Below, one piece after another: positions 28,740-38,182 of a DNA stretch of 64,000 nt. Position 1 is the first letter of the stretch. Every line of letters begins with the position of its first letter. A program made the position numbers and the translations under genes. The stretch spans positions 3,907 through 67,906 of the forward strand of contig CAYFOF010000001.1 of assembly GCA_964344655.1 (NCBI GenBank), read 5' to 3'. The notes under the pieces were generated by a model. It was not told the DNA's origin. It saw only the letters and a list, made by a program, of their open reading frames with translations, and searched no databases. Origin of the DNA: Candidatus Woesearchaeota archaeon (GTDB lineage Archaea; Nanobdellota; Nanobdellia; SCGC-AAA011-G17; PNOQ01).

Positions 28740-29867
28740 ATGGATAGTATAATTCAAAATGTTCAAGAAAGGAACCCGGTTGTTTCTGATAGATTAGAGA
28801 GAAGAGCTCCGGAAAGATTAAGTTCTGTCGACGAAGAATTGGAAGCAATTTTATCCAAACAGAAAGCAAAGATAAAAGTTATTGGTGCTGGCGGTGGAGG
28901 AAATAATACAATAAATAGAATTTCTGAAGTTGGTATTAGTGGTGCTGAAACTGTTGCTATAAATACAGACGCTCAAGATTTATTATATACAAATGCAACT
29001 CACAAGGTTTTGATTGGGAAAGAATTAACTCAAGGACTTGGTGCAGGAAGCATTCCTCAAGTGGGTGAAGAATCTGCTAGAGAGAGTGAGCATGATATTA
29101 GAGAAATTTTAAAGGGTGCTGATATGGCATTCATAACATGTGGTATGGGGGGAGGAACTGGTACTGGTGCTGCTCCTGTTATTGCAGATATTGCTAAGAA
29201 ATTAGGAATATTAACTGTAGGTATTATTACTTTACCATTTGAGATGGAAGGACATAGAAGATATGAGAATGCTGTTCTTGGTCTTGAAAAGATGGAAAGT
29301 ATTGTTGATACTTTAATTGTTATACCAAACGATAAATTATTGGAATTAGCTCCTGATTTGCCACTTCACACTGCATTTAAAGTTGCTGATGAAATTTTGA
29401 CAAATGCTGTAAAAGGTATTGCAGAATTAGTAACTAAAGCAGGATTGGTAAACTTGGATTTTGCTGATATAAAAACAGTCATGGGGAAAGGAGGAGTAGC
29501 TATGATTGGTGTTGGTGAATCTGATAGTGAAAATAGGGCTGGAGAAGCTGTAGAAAAAGCTATCCATAATCCATTATTAGATGTAGATATTACTGGTGCT
29601 AATGGTGCATTGATCAATGTTTGTGGTGGAGCAGATATGACACTAGAAGAAGCAAAGAAAGTTGTTGAATCTGTATCTGAAAAGCTTGATGAAGATGCAA
29701 GAATTATTTGGGGAGCCCAAATAATGGAAGATTTGGAAAAAACTCTTAGAGTAATGTTAATTGTTACAGGAGTTAATAGTCCACAAATCTTCGGACCAAG
29801 AAAAGTTAATAGAGAAGTTGAGAAGAAAGAAATTGAATCTGAACTTGGAATTGACTTTGTAGATTAA
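28740..29867 (+). CDS. ftsZ: cell division GTPase FtsZ
   Basis: GAGGGGNN and tubulin signature GGGTGTG. Confidence 0.9.
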   Translation: MDSIIQNVQERNPVVSDRLERRAPERLSSVDEELEAILSKQKAKIKVIGAGGGGNNTINRISEVGISGAETVAINTDAQDLLYTNATHKVLIGKELTQGLGAGSIPQVGEESARESEHDIREILKGADMAFITCGMGGGTGTGAAPVIADIAKKLGILTVGIITLPFEMEGHRRYENAVLGLEKMESIVDTLIVIPNDKLLELAPDLPLHTAFKVADEILTNAVKGIAELVTKAGLVNLDFADIKTVMGKGGVAMIGVGESDSENRAGEAVEKAIHNPLLDVDITGANGALINVCGGADMTLEEAKKVVESVSEKLDEDARIIWGAQIMEDLEKTLRVMLIVTGVNSPQIFGPRKVNREVEKKEIESELGIDFVD

Positions 29868-29895
29868 TAATCTACTTTTTCTTTTTATTTTAGAA

Positions 29896-30168
29896 TTATG
29901 GATCAAATCTGATTAAGTATTTTCTATCTTCCAAGTTTATAATTGTATATTCTTTAGTGATACGGAATAGCTTCCCCTTTGGTTCTTCGCCCCTCTTGCA
30001 AATATCTTCAATAGTCCCGTTAGATGGTTTAAGATCAATCCCACCTAGGCCCAGACTAACAACTATTGATCCAGTACACTTAAAAGAATAAGATTCTGAA
30101 AGGCCTTTCATGGCTCCCTCTAATTCATTAAGCTCTTCACTGCTTCTTGCATGATAAATTATATCCAT
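29896..30168 (-). CDS. hypothetical protein
   Basis: ORF. Confidence 0.3.
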   Translation of the reverse strand: MDIIYHARSSEELNELEGAMKGLSESYSFKCTGSIVVSLGLGGIDLKPSNGTIEDICKRGEEPKGKLFRITKEYTIINLEDRKYLIRFDP

Positions 30169-30255
30169 GTTGTAAATTTGGAATAAAAAAATACTTATAA
30201 AACTTTCTGTGTGAGACTGCCCCGGAGTTTAAGACTAGAACTAATTTTTTATTTT

Positions 30256-30270
30256 AGAAAGGTTTATAAA
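30256..30270 (+). promoter_or_regulatory. BRE/TATA-like AGAAAGGTTTATAAA upstream of secE
   Basis: Matches the recurrent GAAAGG-TTTTTAAAA consensus seen in this window. Confidence 0.3.
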
Positions 30271-30319
30271 TTAAATATTTTCCTCAACATATGTTATTCT
30301 AAGGAATTAAGGACCTAAG

Positions 30320-30517
30320 ATGGAACAAGAAAATCAAAAAAGAAGCGTATTTTCAAAGTTGAAGAGCTTTGCTACTCAGAGTAAGAGAGTTTTCAAAGTT
30401 ACTAAGAAACCTACGAAAGAAGAATTGAAAGTAACAGTGAAAGTTACTGGGATTGGTATCCTTTTGATAGGAGCAATTGGGTTCCTTATACATATTGGAT
30501 GGCAATTATTAGGTTAA
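30320..30517 (+). CDS. secE: protein translocase subunit SecE/Sec61-gamma
   Basis: 65 aa, basic N-terminus plus a single TM helix; precedes spt5-L11. Confidence 0.7.
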   Translation: MEQENQKRSVFSKLKSFATQSKRVFKVTKKPTKEELKVTVKVTGIGILLIGAIGFLIHIGWQLLG

Positions 30518-30518
30518 A

Positions 30519-31001
30519 ATGGAAACGGAAGTAAAAAACGAAACAGAAATATTGACGTTAAGAACGACTGCAAATAGAGAAGATCAAGTATTGGATTTTA
30601 TTTCTGCAAATGTTGAAAAGAAAGGATTACATGTTTATAGCATATTTAGGCCTCACGGATTAAGAGGGTATGTGTTTATTGAAGCCAGAACTAGAGCAGA
30701 TGCTGAAGAAGCTTGTTCTGGTGTTCCTTATGCAAGAGGAATTTTACCTGGAAAATTAGATTATACTGAAATTGAACATATGATAGAGCAAGCAAAAGCA
30801 ACAGTAGATATTAGAAAGAATGATATTGTTGAAGTTATTGCTGGACCATTCAAGAGAGAAAAGGCTAAAGTGGTTAGAATTGATGAAGCAAAAGGAGAAG
30901 TTGTAGTTGAACTTCTTGAAGCTGCAGTTCCAATTCCAATTACGGTAAGTTTAGACTCTGTTAAAGTGATAAGAAGAGAAGGAGACGAAGAAGATGAGTA
31001 A
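30519..31001 (+). CDS. spt5: transcription elongation factor Spt5/NusG
   Basis: NGN domain and KOW motif; conserved secE-nusG-L11 order. Confidence 0.8.
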   Translation: METEVKNETEILTLRTTANREDQVLDFISANVEKKGLHVYSIFRPHGLRGYVFIEARTRADAEEACSGVPYARGILPGKLDYTEIEHMIEQAKATVDIRKNDIVEVIAGPFKREKAKVVRIDEAKGEVVVELLEAAVPIPITVSLDSVKVIRREGDEEDE

Positions 31002-31653
31002 AGAAAAAGTAGATGTAATGGTTGAGGGTGGAAAAGCTTCAGCTGGTCCTGCAATGGGACAAGCATTTGGCCCACTAGGCGTAAATATTCAAGAAATTTT
31101 AGAAAAAATCAATGAAAAGACTGCAGACTTTAAGGGAATGAAAGTTCCTGTTACTGTTATTGTAGATACCGAAGATAAGTCTTTTGATTTAGAAATTGGA
31201 ACTCCTCCTGTTTCTGAATTGATAAAGAAAGAAATTAATCTTCAAAAAGGATCTGGATTACAAAAGATTAAGAAATCTGCAAATATGGCAATGGAACAAA
31301 TTGTAAAGATTGCTAGAATGAAGACAGATTCAATGTTATCTAAGGATTTGAAAGCTTCTGTAAAGACAGTTATTGGCAGTTGTGGTCCAATGGGAATTAT
31401 AATCGAAAGTAAACCTTTAGATGAAATTACTAAAGAAGTAGATGAAGGAAAATATGATGAATTAATTAGTTCTGGAAATACTGAAGTTAGTGATGAAAAA
31501 CTCAAACAACTAAATGCTGATTTGAAAGAAATAAATGCTTCATTAGAGAAGAAGTATAGTAAAGAATTAGCTAAGATTGAGGAAGATAAGGAAGCTGCGG
31601 TTGCACCTGCTGAAGGTGAAGAAGCTCCTAAAGAAGAAGAGAAGAAAGAATAA
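30994..31653 (+). CDS. rpl11: ribosomal protein uL11 with K/E-rich C-terminal extension
   Basis: GGKASAGPAMGQAFGPLG motif. Confidence 0.85.
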   Translation: MSKEKVDVMVEGGKASAGPAMGQAFGPLGVNIQEILEKINEKTADFKGMKVPVTVIVDTEDKSFDLEIGTPPVSELIKKEINLQKGSGLQKIKKSANMAMEQIVKIARMKTDSMLSKDLKASVKTVIGSCGPMGIIIESKPLDEITKEVDEGKYDELISSGNTEVSDEKLKQLNADLKEINASLEKKYSKELAKIEEDKEAAVAPAEGEEAPKEEEKKE

Positions 31654-31716
31654 TCTTCTTAATTTTTTTATTTTTAGTAACATTTATTAATGTATTAAAA
31701 CCGATGAATCTATTCA

Positions 31717-31789
31717 GGGGTAATGGTGTAACTTGGTAGCACTCGACGTTTGGGGCGTCGGAATCGGGGTTCAAATCCTCGTTACCCCA
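31717..31789 (+). tRNA. tRNA-Pro (anticodon TGG)
   Basis: Acceptor GGGGTAA/TTACCCC, anticodon stem CGACG/CGTCG, loop TTTGGGG, T-loop TTCAAAT, discriminator A. Confidence 0.8.
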
Positions 31790-31801
31790 TATTTCAAATT
31801 A

Positions 31802-31819
31802 GAAAGGTTTTTAAAAGGA
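31802..31819 (+). promoter_or_regulatory. BRE/TATA GAAAGGTTTTTAAAAGGA upstream of rpl37ae
   Basis: Consensus promoter about 32 nt upstream of the ATG. Confidence 0.3.
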
Positions 31820-31850
31820 AATTTAACTCAAAAAATAGAGTTTTAGAAAG

Positions 31851-32063
31851 ATGGTAAAGAAAACTAAGGGAAGCGGAAGATTTGGAGCGAGATACGGTGC
31901 CCCGTTGAAGCAAAAAAGACTTATGATCGAAGAGAAGCAGAAGAAGCTATACAAATGCCCACTATGCCTAAAAGATAAAGTAAAAAGAGTTAGTTCTGGA
32001 ATATGGTATTGTAGCAAATGTGATGTAAAGTTCGCTGGAAAAGCATATTCATTAGGAGAATAA
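31851..32063 (+). CDS. rpl37ae: ribosomal protein eL43 (L37ae)
   Basis: GRFGARYGA and C4 zinc ribbon CPLC...CSKC. Confidence 0.85.
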   Translation: MVKKTKGSGRFGARYGAPLKQKRLMIEEKQKKLYKCPLCLKDKVKRVSSGIWYCSKCDVKFAGKAYSLGE

Positions 32064-32064
32064 A

Positions 32065-32202
32065 ATGGTTGAATACAAATGTTTTAATTGTGGAAAGAAA
32101 ATAGATAGTACAACCTTAAGAAAAAGAGTTAGATGCATTTATTGTGGATCTAAGATATTATTTAAACCAAGATCTGTTGGTACTAAAGTAAAGGCAGTAT
32201 AA
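32065..32202 (+). CDS. rpoP: DNA-directed RNA polymerase subunit P (Rpo12/RpoP), 45 aa
   Basis: Manual translation MVEYKCFNCGKKIDSTTLRKRVRCIYCGSKILFKPRSVGTKVKAV with CxxC...CxxC zinc ribbon; conserved L37ae-rpoP-pfdB context. Confidence 0.6.
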   Translation: MVEYKCFNCGKKIDSTTLRKRVRCIYCGSKILFKPRSVGTKVKAV

Positions 32203-32203
32203 A

Positions 32204-32539
32204 ATGGAAAATATCGATAAAGAGACAAAGAAAAAGATCTCTAAACTACAAATGCTTGAGCAAAGATTGCAAGGTCTTGCTATGCAAAAACAAACATTCC
32301 AAACACAAAGCATGGAATCTGATAATGCTTTAAGAGAAATTGATAATTCTGAAGATACTTACAAAGTTGTAGGTAATGTTATGATCTCAGTAGAAAAATC
32401 TGAATTAAAGAAAGAATTGACGTCTAAAAAAGAAATGGCAGATATGAAAGTAACTAATTTAGAAAAAGAAGAAAAGAAATTGAGAGAAGAAGCTACAGAA
32501 TTACAAAAAGAAGTTATGGGTTCCATGAAAAATGAGTGA
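32204..32539 (+). CDS. pfdB: prefoldin beta subunit
   Basis: Coiled coil-hairpin-coiled coil of about 110 aa; conserved position after rpoP. Confidence 0.55.
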   Translation: MENIDKETKKKISKLQMLEQRLQGLAMQKQTFQTQSMESDNALREIDNSEDTYKVVGNVMISVEKSELKKELTSKKEMADMKVTNLEKEEKKLREEATELQKEVMGSMKNE

Positions 32540-32786
32540 AGACATGGTTTTAGAAGTGTTGGATATGCTTGCAGATTTGCAAGAAGATGATTGCATTCCT
32601 CGAAATGTTAAGAATAGAATAGAGAGTGCGATGGCTGCTCTTCAATGCGAGGAAAGGCCGGTTTCTATGAAAGTTGATGCTTCTTTACAAGAATTAGAAG
32701 AAGTTTCTGAGGACTCAAATGTGCCTGCATTTACTAAGACTCAAATTTATTCTATAGTGTCAAAATTAGAGTGTATTAAACAATAG
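32532..32786 (+). CDS. small conserved archaeal protein (UPF0147-like)
   Basis: Size and context after prefoldin beta. Confidence 0.3.
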   Translation: MSEDMVLEVLDMLADLQEDDCIPRNVKNRIESAMAALQCEERPVSMKVDASLQELEEVSEDSNVPAFTKTQIYSIVSKLECIKQ

Positions 32787-32788
32787 AA

Positions 32789-33229
32789 ATGTTTATAAAT
32801 TTGTTAATATTTCCCTTCTTTAAGATGAAAAGATTCCTTTCAAAGATAAAAGATAGTGTGGGACAAAAAGAGTTTTCTTATGATGAAGATATGCCTGAAG
32901 AGTTTCAAGAAGACTATGTTGAACTAACTACAGACAAGGACATGCCTAAGGCAAGAATTGTTGTTAGACCGTTTATTATTCAAGATTTTTCAGATATAAA
33001 GCCTGCTCTTGACGCTTTAAGAGAAGGATATACTATTGCTTTGGTTAATATTGGACCATTAAAAGATAGAGATATGGTTGAATTAAAGAGAGCTGTGAAC
33101 AAGTTAAAGAAAACATGTGATGCTATCGATGGTGACATTGCTGGTTTCGGCGGAGATTGGGTTGTTGTAACTCCAAGTTTTGCTAGTGTTCATAGAACTA
33201 ATGCAATGGAATCTTTTGGAGACGAATAA
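32789..33229 (+). CDS. sepF: SepF-like FtsZ-binding cell division protein (likely start at Met13, 32825)
   Basis: ARIVVRPF...IALVNIGPL...GDWVVVTP matches the SepF/DUF552 core. Confidence 0.55.
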   Translation: MFINLLIFPFFKMKRFLSKIKDSVGQKEFSYDEDMPEEFQEDYVELTTDKDMPKARIVVRPFIIQDFSDIKPALDALREGYTIALVNIGPLKDRDMVELKRAVNKLKKTCDAIDGDIAGFGGDWVVVTPSFASVHRTNAMESFGDE

Positions 33230-33261
33230 TTTTATAAATAACTTATTCTTTTTTTATTACA

Positions 33262-33780
33262 ATGGATGAATTAACAAAACAACCATGTCCTGTATGTGGA
33301 AAAAAAGGATTAACATTAAGAGATAGAGAGATAGATATTCCTTATTTTGGTAAAACTTTTGTTTTTGCTATGCAATGTTCTGAATGTGGTTTTTCTAAAT
33401 CAGATGTAGAGTTTGAAGAGAAGAAAGATCCTGTAAAAATAACGTTTGAAGTTAGTTCTGAAGATGATTTATTTGTTAGAGTTATAAAATCTGGTTCTGC
33501 CAGTGTAAAAATTCCTGGATTGAGAATGAGTATGGATCCTGGAGAGAATTCAGAAGGTTTTGTTACGAATGTTGAAGGTTTAATTGGGAAATTTGAGAAA
33601 ATATTAGAAGCTCAAAGAGATGAAGCGGATGATAAAACTGTTCGTAAGAAAGCAAAAAATTTATTGAAGAAGATTTGGAAAGTAAAATTGGGGGAAGTTC
33701 CTTTGAAAATTGTGATTGAAGATAAAACAGGGAATTCTGCTATTGTTTCTGAGAAAGCTGAAGTTAAAAAATTGAAATAG
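33262..33780 (+). CDS. ZPR1-type zinc finger protein
   Basis: CPVCG...CSECGF zinc finger followed by the ZPR1 beta-domain. Confidence 0.55.
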   Translation: MDELTKQPCPVCGKKGLTLRDREIDIPYFGKTFVFAMQCSECGFSKSDVEFEEKKDPVKITFEVSSEDDLFVRVIKSGSASVKIPGLRMSMDPGENSEGFVTNVEGLIGKFEKILEAQRDEADDKTVRKKAKNLLKKIWKVKLGEVPLKIVIEDKTGNSAIVSEKAEVKKLK

Positions 33781-33793
33781 AAAGGTTTTTTAA
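33780..33793 (+). promoter_or_regulatory. BRE/TATA GAAAGGTTTTTTAA upstream of the dph2-like gene
   Basis: Consensus promoter about 22 nt upstream of the ATG (leaderless). Confidence 0.3.
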
Positions 33794-33814
33794 CAGTGTT
33801 TTTGTTGTAGTTTT

Positions 33815-34495
33815 ATGGAAAACAAGAAAATTAATGGATTGAAAACAATATTTATTCCTGCGAAAGCGAAAAATATTGATGTAATCCCGGTTTTGAAGAA
33901 ATTAAAACTAGATGTAAAAAGAATTGGATTAATTTCTGCTATACAATATGTTGATTATTTAGAAGATGCAAAGAAGTTTCTTGAAGAGGAAGGATTTGAA
34001 GTTATTGTTGCTGGCCAAATGGTTGGTTGTAACTCTTCTAACGCTATAAAAATTAAGGAAAAGGTTGATGCTTATGTTTTTATTGGGAGTGGAGAATTTC
34101 ATCCATTAGAATTAGTTAACTATTCTGGAATTGATGATATATATTTAGCTAATCCTGTTTCTAATAATGTAACTAAATTTGATAAAAAAGAATTAGAAAA
34201 ATTAGAGAAGAAAAAAGAAGGAAAAATAAAGAAATATTTAATGGCTGATAAGATTGGAATTTTGGTTTCTGTAAAACCAGGTCAAAATGCATTGAAAGCG
34301 GCTTTAAAATTTGCTGAAAATTGTGGAAAAGAGGCTTATGTTTTTATGGCAGATGAGATTGATATTAATAGATTAGAAGATTTTAATGATATTAAATTGT
34401 GGGTAAATACTTCTTGCCCTAGATTAGAAGGAAATAATATTGTTTCATTGAAAGATATAATTGGGAGTAAATTAGTAGATTATCATACTTATTGA
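33815..34495 (+). CDS. dph2: Dph2-like diphthamide synthesis radical-SAM enzyme lacking domain 1
   Basis: GQMVGCN, FIGSGEFHPL, GILVSVKPGQ and TSCPRL align with domains 2 and 3 of archaeal Dph2; nothing equivalent to the N-terminal domain. Confidence 0.55.
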   Translation: MENKKINGLKTIFIPAKAKNIDVIPVLKKLKLDVKRIGLISAIQYVDYLEDAKKFLEEEGFEVIVAGQMVGCNSSNAIKIKEKVDAYVFIGSGEFHPLELVNYSGIDDIYLANPVSNNVTKFDKKELEKLEKKKEGKIKKYLMADKIGILVSVKPGQNALKAALKFAENCGKEAYVFMADEIDINRLEDFNDIKLWVNTSCPRLEGNNIVSLKDIIGSKLVDYHTY

Positions 34496-34869
34496 AAATG
34501 ACTTATGAACCTGAATATAAGGAAGGAGAAATTTTAGTTGGATACAGAGATATGGTTGAACCTAGAGAAAATTTCCCAGAACATTTTGTTCCAATATTTT
34601 TTAGGGGAGTAGAATATGTTGGACCTTGGAAATATGGAGAAGATGTTCACATCTATAGAGTTCCTGAAGGCCAAGAAGATTATGCTTGTTCTGAGTTGGA
34701 AAAACAAGACGAGTTTGTTGATTGGACAGGGAAAAGAGATTTAAAACAAGAAAAATTTTGGGATTTAGCTAAGGAAATGGGAGATGTTTTAGAGGATTTA
34801 GATCCAAGAGATCCTGATGTAAACGAAAAACTTGAATCTTTAATAAAAGATGCAGAAAATCTTATTTAA
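34492..34869 (+). CDS. hypothetical protein
   Basis: ORF overlapping dph2 by 4 nt. Confidence 0.35.
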   Translation: MKMTYEPEYKEGEILVGYRDMVEPRENFPEHFVPIFFRGVEYVGPWKYGEDVHIYRVPEGQEDYACSELEKQDEFVDWTGKRDLKQEKFWDLAKEMGDVLEDLDPRDPDVNEKLESLIKDAENLI

Positions 34870-34907
34870 TCAAAAATTATAAAAAGTGGAGCAGTTCCTA
34901 ATTAATT

Positions 34908-36359
34908 ATGAAAGTAGAAGATAAAGTTTTAGATTTAGCAAAACGTAGAGGATTTGTGTGGGGGCCTAGTCCTAGTATCTATGAAGGTGGATTAAAGGGA
35001 TTTTATGATTGGGGCCCCTTAGGAAAACTGCTAAAAAATAAAGTTGAAAGTATTCTAAGAAAGGGTTTTTCGGGATTTAGCTTTTGGGAAGTTGAATGTC
35101 CTACTGTAATGCCTAAAAAAGTTTGGGAAGCTTCTGGCCATTTGGAAGGTTTTGTTGATTATGTTACTAAATGTTTAAAATGTGGGTCTGCACATAGAGT
35201 AGATCATTTAATGGAAGATATTGAAGATTTTAATCAAGAAAAACTTGGAGAATTATTAAGAGAGAGAAAAATTAAATGCCCTTCTTGTAATAAAGGAGGA
35301 TTTGGATCTGTGGAGCCAGTTAATTTAATGATGAAGACAATTGTTGGTTTAGATCAAGAAGTCTTTTTAAGACCTGAAACTGCAACAACTACTTATTTAT
35401 TGTTCCCAGAATTATATAGATTTTTTAGAACAAAAATGCCTTTTGGGGTTTTTCAAACGGGAAAAGCATATAGAAATGAGATTTCTCCAAGACAAGGAGT
35501 TTTTAGGACAAGAGAGTTTACACAAATAGAAGCTCAATTATTTTTGTTGAAAGAACAATTTAATAATTATGAAAAATTTGATGATTATGCAGATGAAGAA
35601 ATGCCTTTGATGAAATATGGTTCTAAAAAAGTTGAACATATTAGATTGGGAGATAGTGTTAAGAAAAAATTCATGAAAAAAGAAGCTTATGCGTTTATGA
35701 ACTATGTTGCATATAAATTGATTAAAGATATGGGATTTGATTCAAATAAAATAAGAATTAGACAACATAATCCTGCAGAGTTGGCTTTTTATGCAGATGA
35801 TGCTTGGGATATTGAGATAAATACCGAGAGGCATGGATGGATGGAATTATGTGGAATCCACGATAGACAAGATTATGATTTGAAGAGACATTCTGAGTTT
35901 TCTAAAACTAAAATGGAAGTTCAAGGTGAAACTCCAACCATTTTAGAAATTGCTTTTGGTTTGGAAAGAACTGCTTATGCTTTATTGGAAAATTCTTTGG
36001 TTGATGATAAAAATAGAGATTGGTTAAATTTTAAACAAGGTATTGCACCAATTGATATTGCTGTATTTCCATTGATGAAGAAAGAAGGAATGGATGATTT
36101 AGCAAAAGAATTGTTTGCAGATTTAGATAAAGAATTTGTTTGTGTTTATGATGATTCAGGATCTATTGGTAGAAGATATAGAAGGATGGATGAAGTTGGA
36201 ACTTCTTTTTGTATTACTGTTGATCATGATTCTTTGAAGGAAGATGATGTTACAATCAGAGAAATTTCTTCAATGAAACAAACAAGAATAAAAATTTCAG
36301 AAGTTACGAAAATTGTTAAAGATTTAATTTCTGGAAGAATATCTTTTGAAGATCTATAA
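34908..36359 (+). CDS. glyS: glycyl-tRNA synthetase (archaeal/eukaryal alpha2 type)
   Basis: Class II motifs and the N-terminal GFVWGPSPSIYEGGLKGFYDWGPLG signature. Confidence 0.85.
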   Translation: MKVEDKVLDLAKRRGFVWGPSPSIYEGGLKGFYDWGPLGKLLKNKVESILRKGFSGFSFWEVECPTVMPKKVWEASGHLEGFVDYVTKCLKCGSAHRVDHLMEDIEDFNQEKLGELLRERKIKCPSCNKGGFGSVEPVNLMMKTIVGLDQEVFLRPETATTTYLLFPELYRFFRTKMPFGVFQTGKAYRNEISPRQGVFRTREFTQIEAQLFLLKEQFNNYEKFDDYADEEMPLMKYGSKKVEHIRLGDSVKKKFMKKEAYAFMNYVAYKLIKDMGFDSNKIRIRQHNPAELAFYADDAWDIEINTERHGWMELCGIHDRQDYDLKRHSEFSKTKMEVQGETPTILEIAFGLERTAYALLENSLVDDKNRDWLNFKQGIAPIDIAVFPLMKKEGMDDLAKELFADLDKEFVCVYDDSGSIGRRYRRMDEVGTSFCITVDHDSLKEDDVTIREISSMKQTRIKISEVTKIVKDLISGRISFEDL

Positions 36360-36397
36360 CCAAAACATTTATATATTACATATGATATACATATCAT

Positions 36398-36688
36398 ATG
36401 ATAGATTTAACATATGTAAATTTTTTTAGGACATTAGACAATGATACTAGATTGGGAATTGTTTTGTGTCTGAAAAATGGATCTAAAAATGTTAGTCAAT
36501 TATCTAAAGAATTAAAGATGGAACAGAGCAGGATAAGTCATAATTTGCAATGTTTAGAAAAAAATGGTTTTGTTACGGTAAAACAAGATGGAAAACAAAG
36601 GATATATTCTTTGAATAGAGATACTATTGAGCCAATTCTTGTTGCTGTAAAAAAACATATGTCAAAATATAAAATAAATTCATGCTAA
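36398..36688 (+). CDS. ArsR/SmtB-family HTH transcriptional regulator
   Basis: Winged HTH with the typical FRTLDNDTRLGIVLCL...SQLSKEL pattern. Confidence 0.6.
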   Translation: MIDLTYVNFFRTLDNDTRLGIVLCLKNGSKNVSQLSKELKMEQSRISHNLQCLEKNGFVTVKQDGKQRIYSLNRDTIEPILVAVKKHMSKYKINSC

Positions 36689-36697
36689 GGAGGAAAA

Positions 36698-37633
36698 ATG
36701 AAAGAATATGATACAATAATTATTGGTGGAGGAGCTGCTGGATTAACTGCTGCTCTATATACTGGAAGAAAAAAATTGAAAACTTTGATTGTTTCAATAG
36801 ATTTGGGAGGGCAAACACTATTAACAGATAATATCGAAAATTACCCTGGAGTGGATAGTTCTCCTGGTCCAGATCTAATGGCAAAATTTCAATCTCAAGC
36901 AACAAAATTTGGTGCAGAAGTTATTATGGGGGAAGCCAATGAGATAAAAAAATCTGGAAAGAATTTTGAAGTTTCTTTGTCTAATGGAGAAAAATATTCT
37001 AGTAAAACAGTTATTGTGTCTTCTGGAAAAACCGCTAGAAAAATTGGAGTTCCTGGAGAAGATAAATTTATGGGAAGGGGAGTTTCTACTTGTGCAACAT
37101 GTGATGCTGCTTTTTTCAAAGATAAAGAAGTAGTCGTGGTAGGAGGAGGAAATTCTGCTTTTGAAGCTGCTGAATTGTTGACTAAGTTTGCAAAAAAAAT
37201 TACTTTAGTACATAGAACAGATAAATTTAGGGCTGATGAAATTACTATAGATAAAGTAAAAAAACTAAAACAAGTTGAAATAATTCCATTTTCTCAATTA
37301 ACAGAAATAAAGGGAGATAAGATTGTTGAGGGAGTTACTATAGAAAATTCAGAATCAAAAGAAACAAGAGAGATAAAAGCAGATGGAGTTTTTATAGAAA
37401 TTGGATATGAATTAAAAACAGATTGGTTAAAAGATTTGGTAAAAAGAAATGATAAAAATGAAATTGTTATAGACGACAGATGTAACACTTCTCAAAAAGG
37501 AATTTTTGCTGCCGGAGATGTTTCTACAGTTCCATATAAGCAAACGGTAATTTCTGCAGGAGAAGGAGCAAAGGCAGGCTTAGAGGCCTATAAATACATA
37601 AATGGGGCTGAGGCTGTCATTGATTGGAAATAA
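36698..37633 (+). CDS. trxB: thioredoxin reductase
   Basis: FAD motif [10 protein letters not shown], redox CATCD, NAD(P) motif GGGNSA. Confidence 0.85.
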   Translation: MKEYDTIIIGGGAAGLTAALYTGRKKLKTLIVSIDLGGQTLLTDNIENYPGVDSSPGPDLMAKFQSQATKFGAEVIMGEANEIKKSGKNFEVSLSNGEKYSSKTVIVSSGKTARKIGVPGEDKFMGRGVSTCATCDAAFFKDKEVVVVGGGNSAFEAAELLTKFAKKITLVHRTDKFRADEITIDKVKKLKQVEIIPFSQLTEIKGDKIVEGVTIENSESKETREIKADGVFIEIGYELKTDWLKDLVKRNDKNEIVIDDRCNTSQKGIFAAGDVSTVPYKQTVISAGEGAKAGLEAYKYINGAEAVIDWK

Positions 37634-37999
37634 TTGGAGGAAAATAAAATGGTTGAAAATTTAACTGCAGAAACTTTTAAGGAAAAAGTTTTTGATTATG
37701 AAAAGGAAAAAGAATGGAAGTATAAGGGAGATATGCCTTGTATAATAGATTTTTATGCTGATTGGTGTGGGCCGTGTAAAATGGTTGCTCCGATTTTAGA
37801 TGAGTTATCTGAAGAGTATAAAGATAAAATAAAGATCTATAAAATTAATACAGAGACTGAAAAAGAATTAGCGGCTGTATTCCAAATAATGAGTATTCCT
37901 ACTATATTATTTGTTAAGCCAGGAAAAGAACCCCAAGGTGTTCGAGGAGCTTTACCAAAAGCACAATTTGAAGAAAAAATTAAGGAATGGTTATTATAA
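37634..37999 (+). CDS. trxA: thioredoxin
   Basis: WCGPC active site. Confidence 0.8.
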   Translation: MEENKMVENLTAETFKEKVFDYEKEKEWKYKGDMPCIIDFYADWCGPCKMVAPILDELSEEYKDKIKIYKINTETEKELAAVFQIMSIPTILFVKPGKEPQGVRGALPKAQFEEKIKEWLL

Positions 38000-38182
38000 C
38001 CTTCTTTTTTTATTTGGAAAAACTTAAAAGATATGGAGATTAATTAGAAATATGGCGAATGTGGATTCAGGAAGGAAATCGAAACGTGATAAAAAAGCCA
38101 AATCTAGATATAATATTTATAAAAAAGGTGGCGGCAAACGAACATTAAAATTAAAAAATAAAAAATAAAAACTTAGAAATAT

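Noticed and set aside
38052-38168. 38-aa basic micro-ORF as a ribosomal protein (e.g. L41e/S30e-like)
   Set aside because: The sequence does not match known small ribosomal protein patterns. It is kept only as a note within the lysine-rich protein finding.
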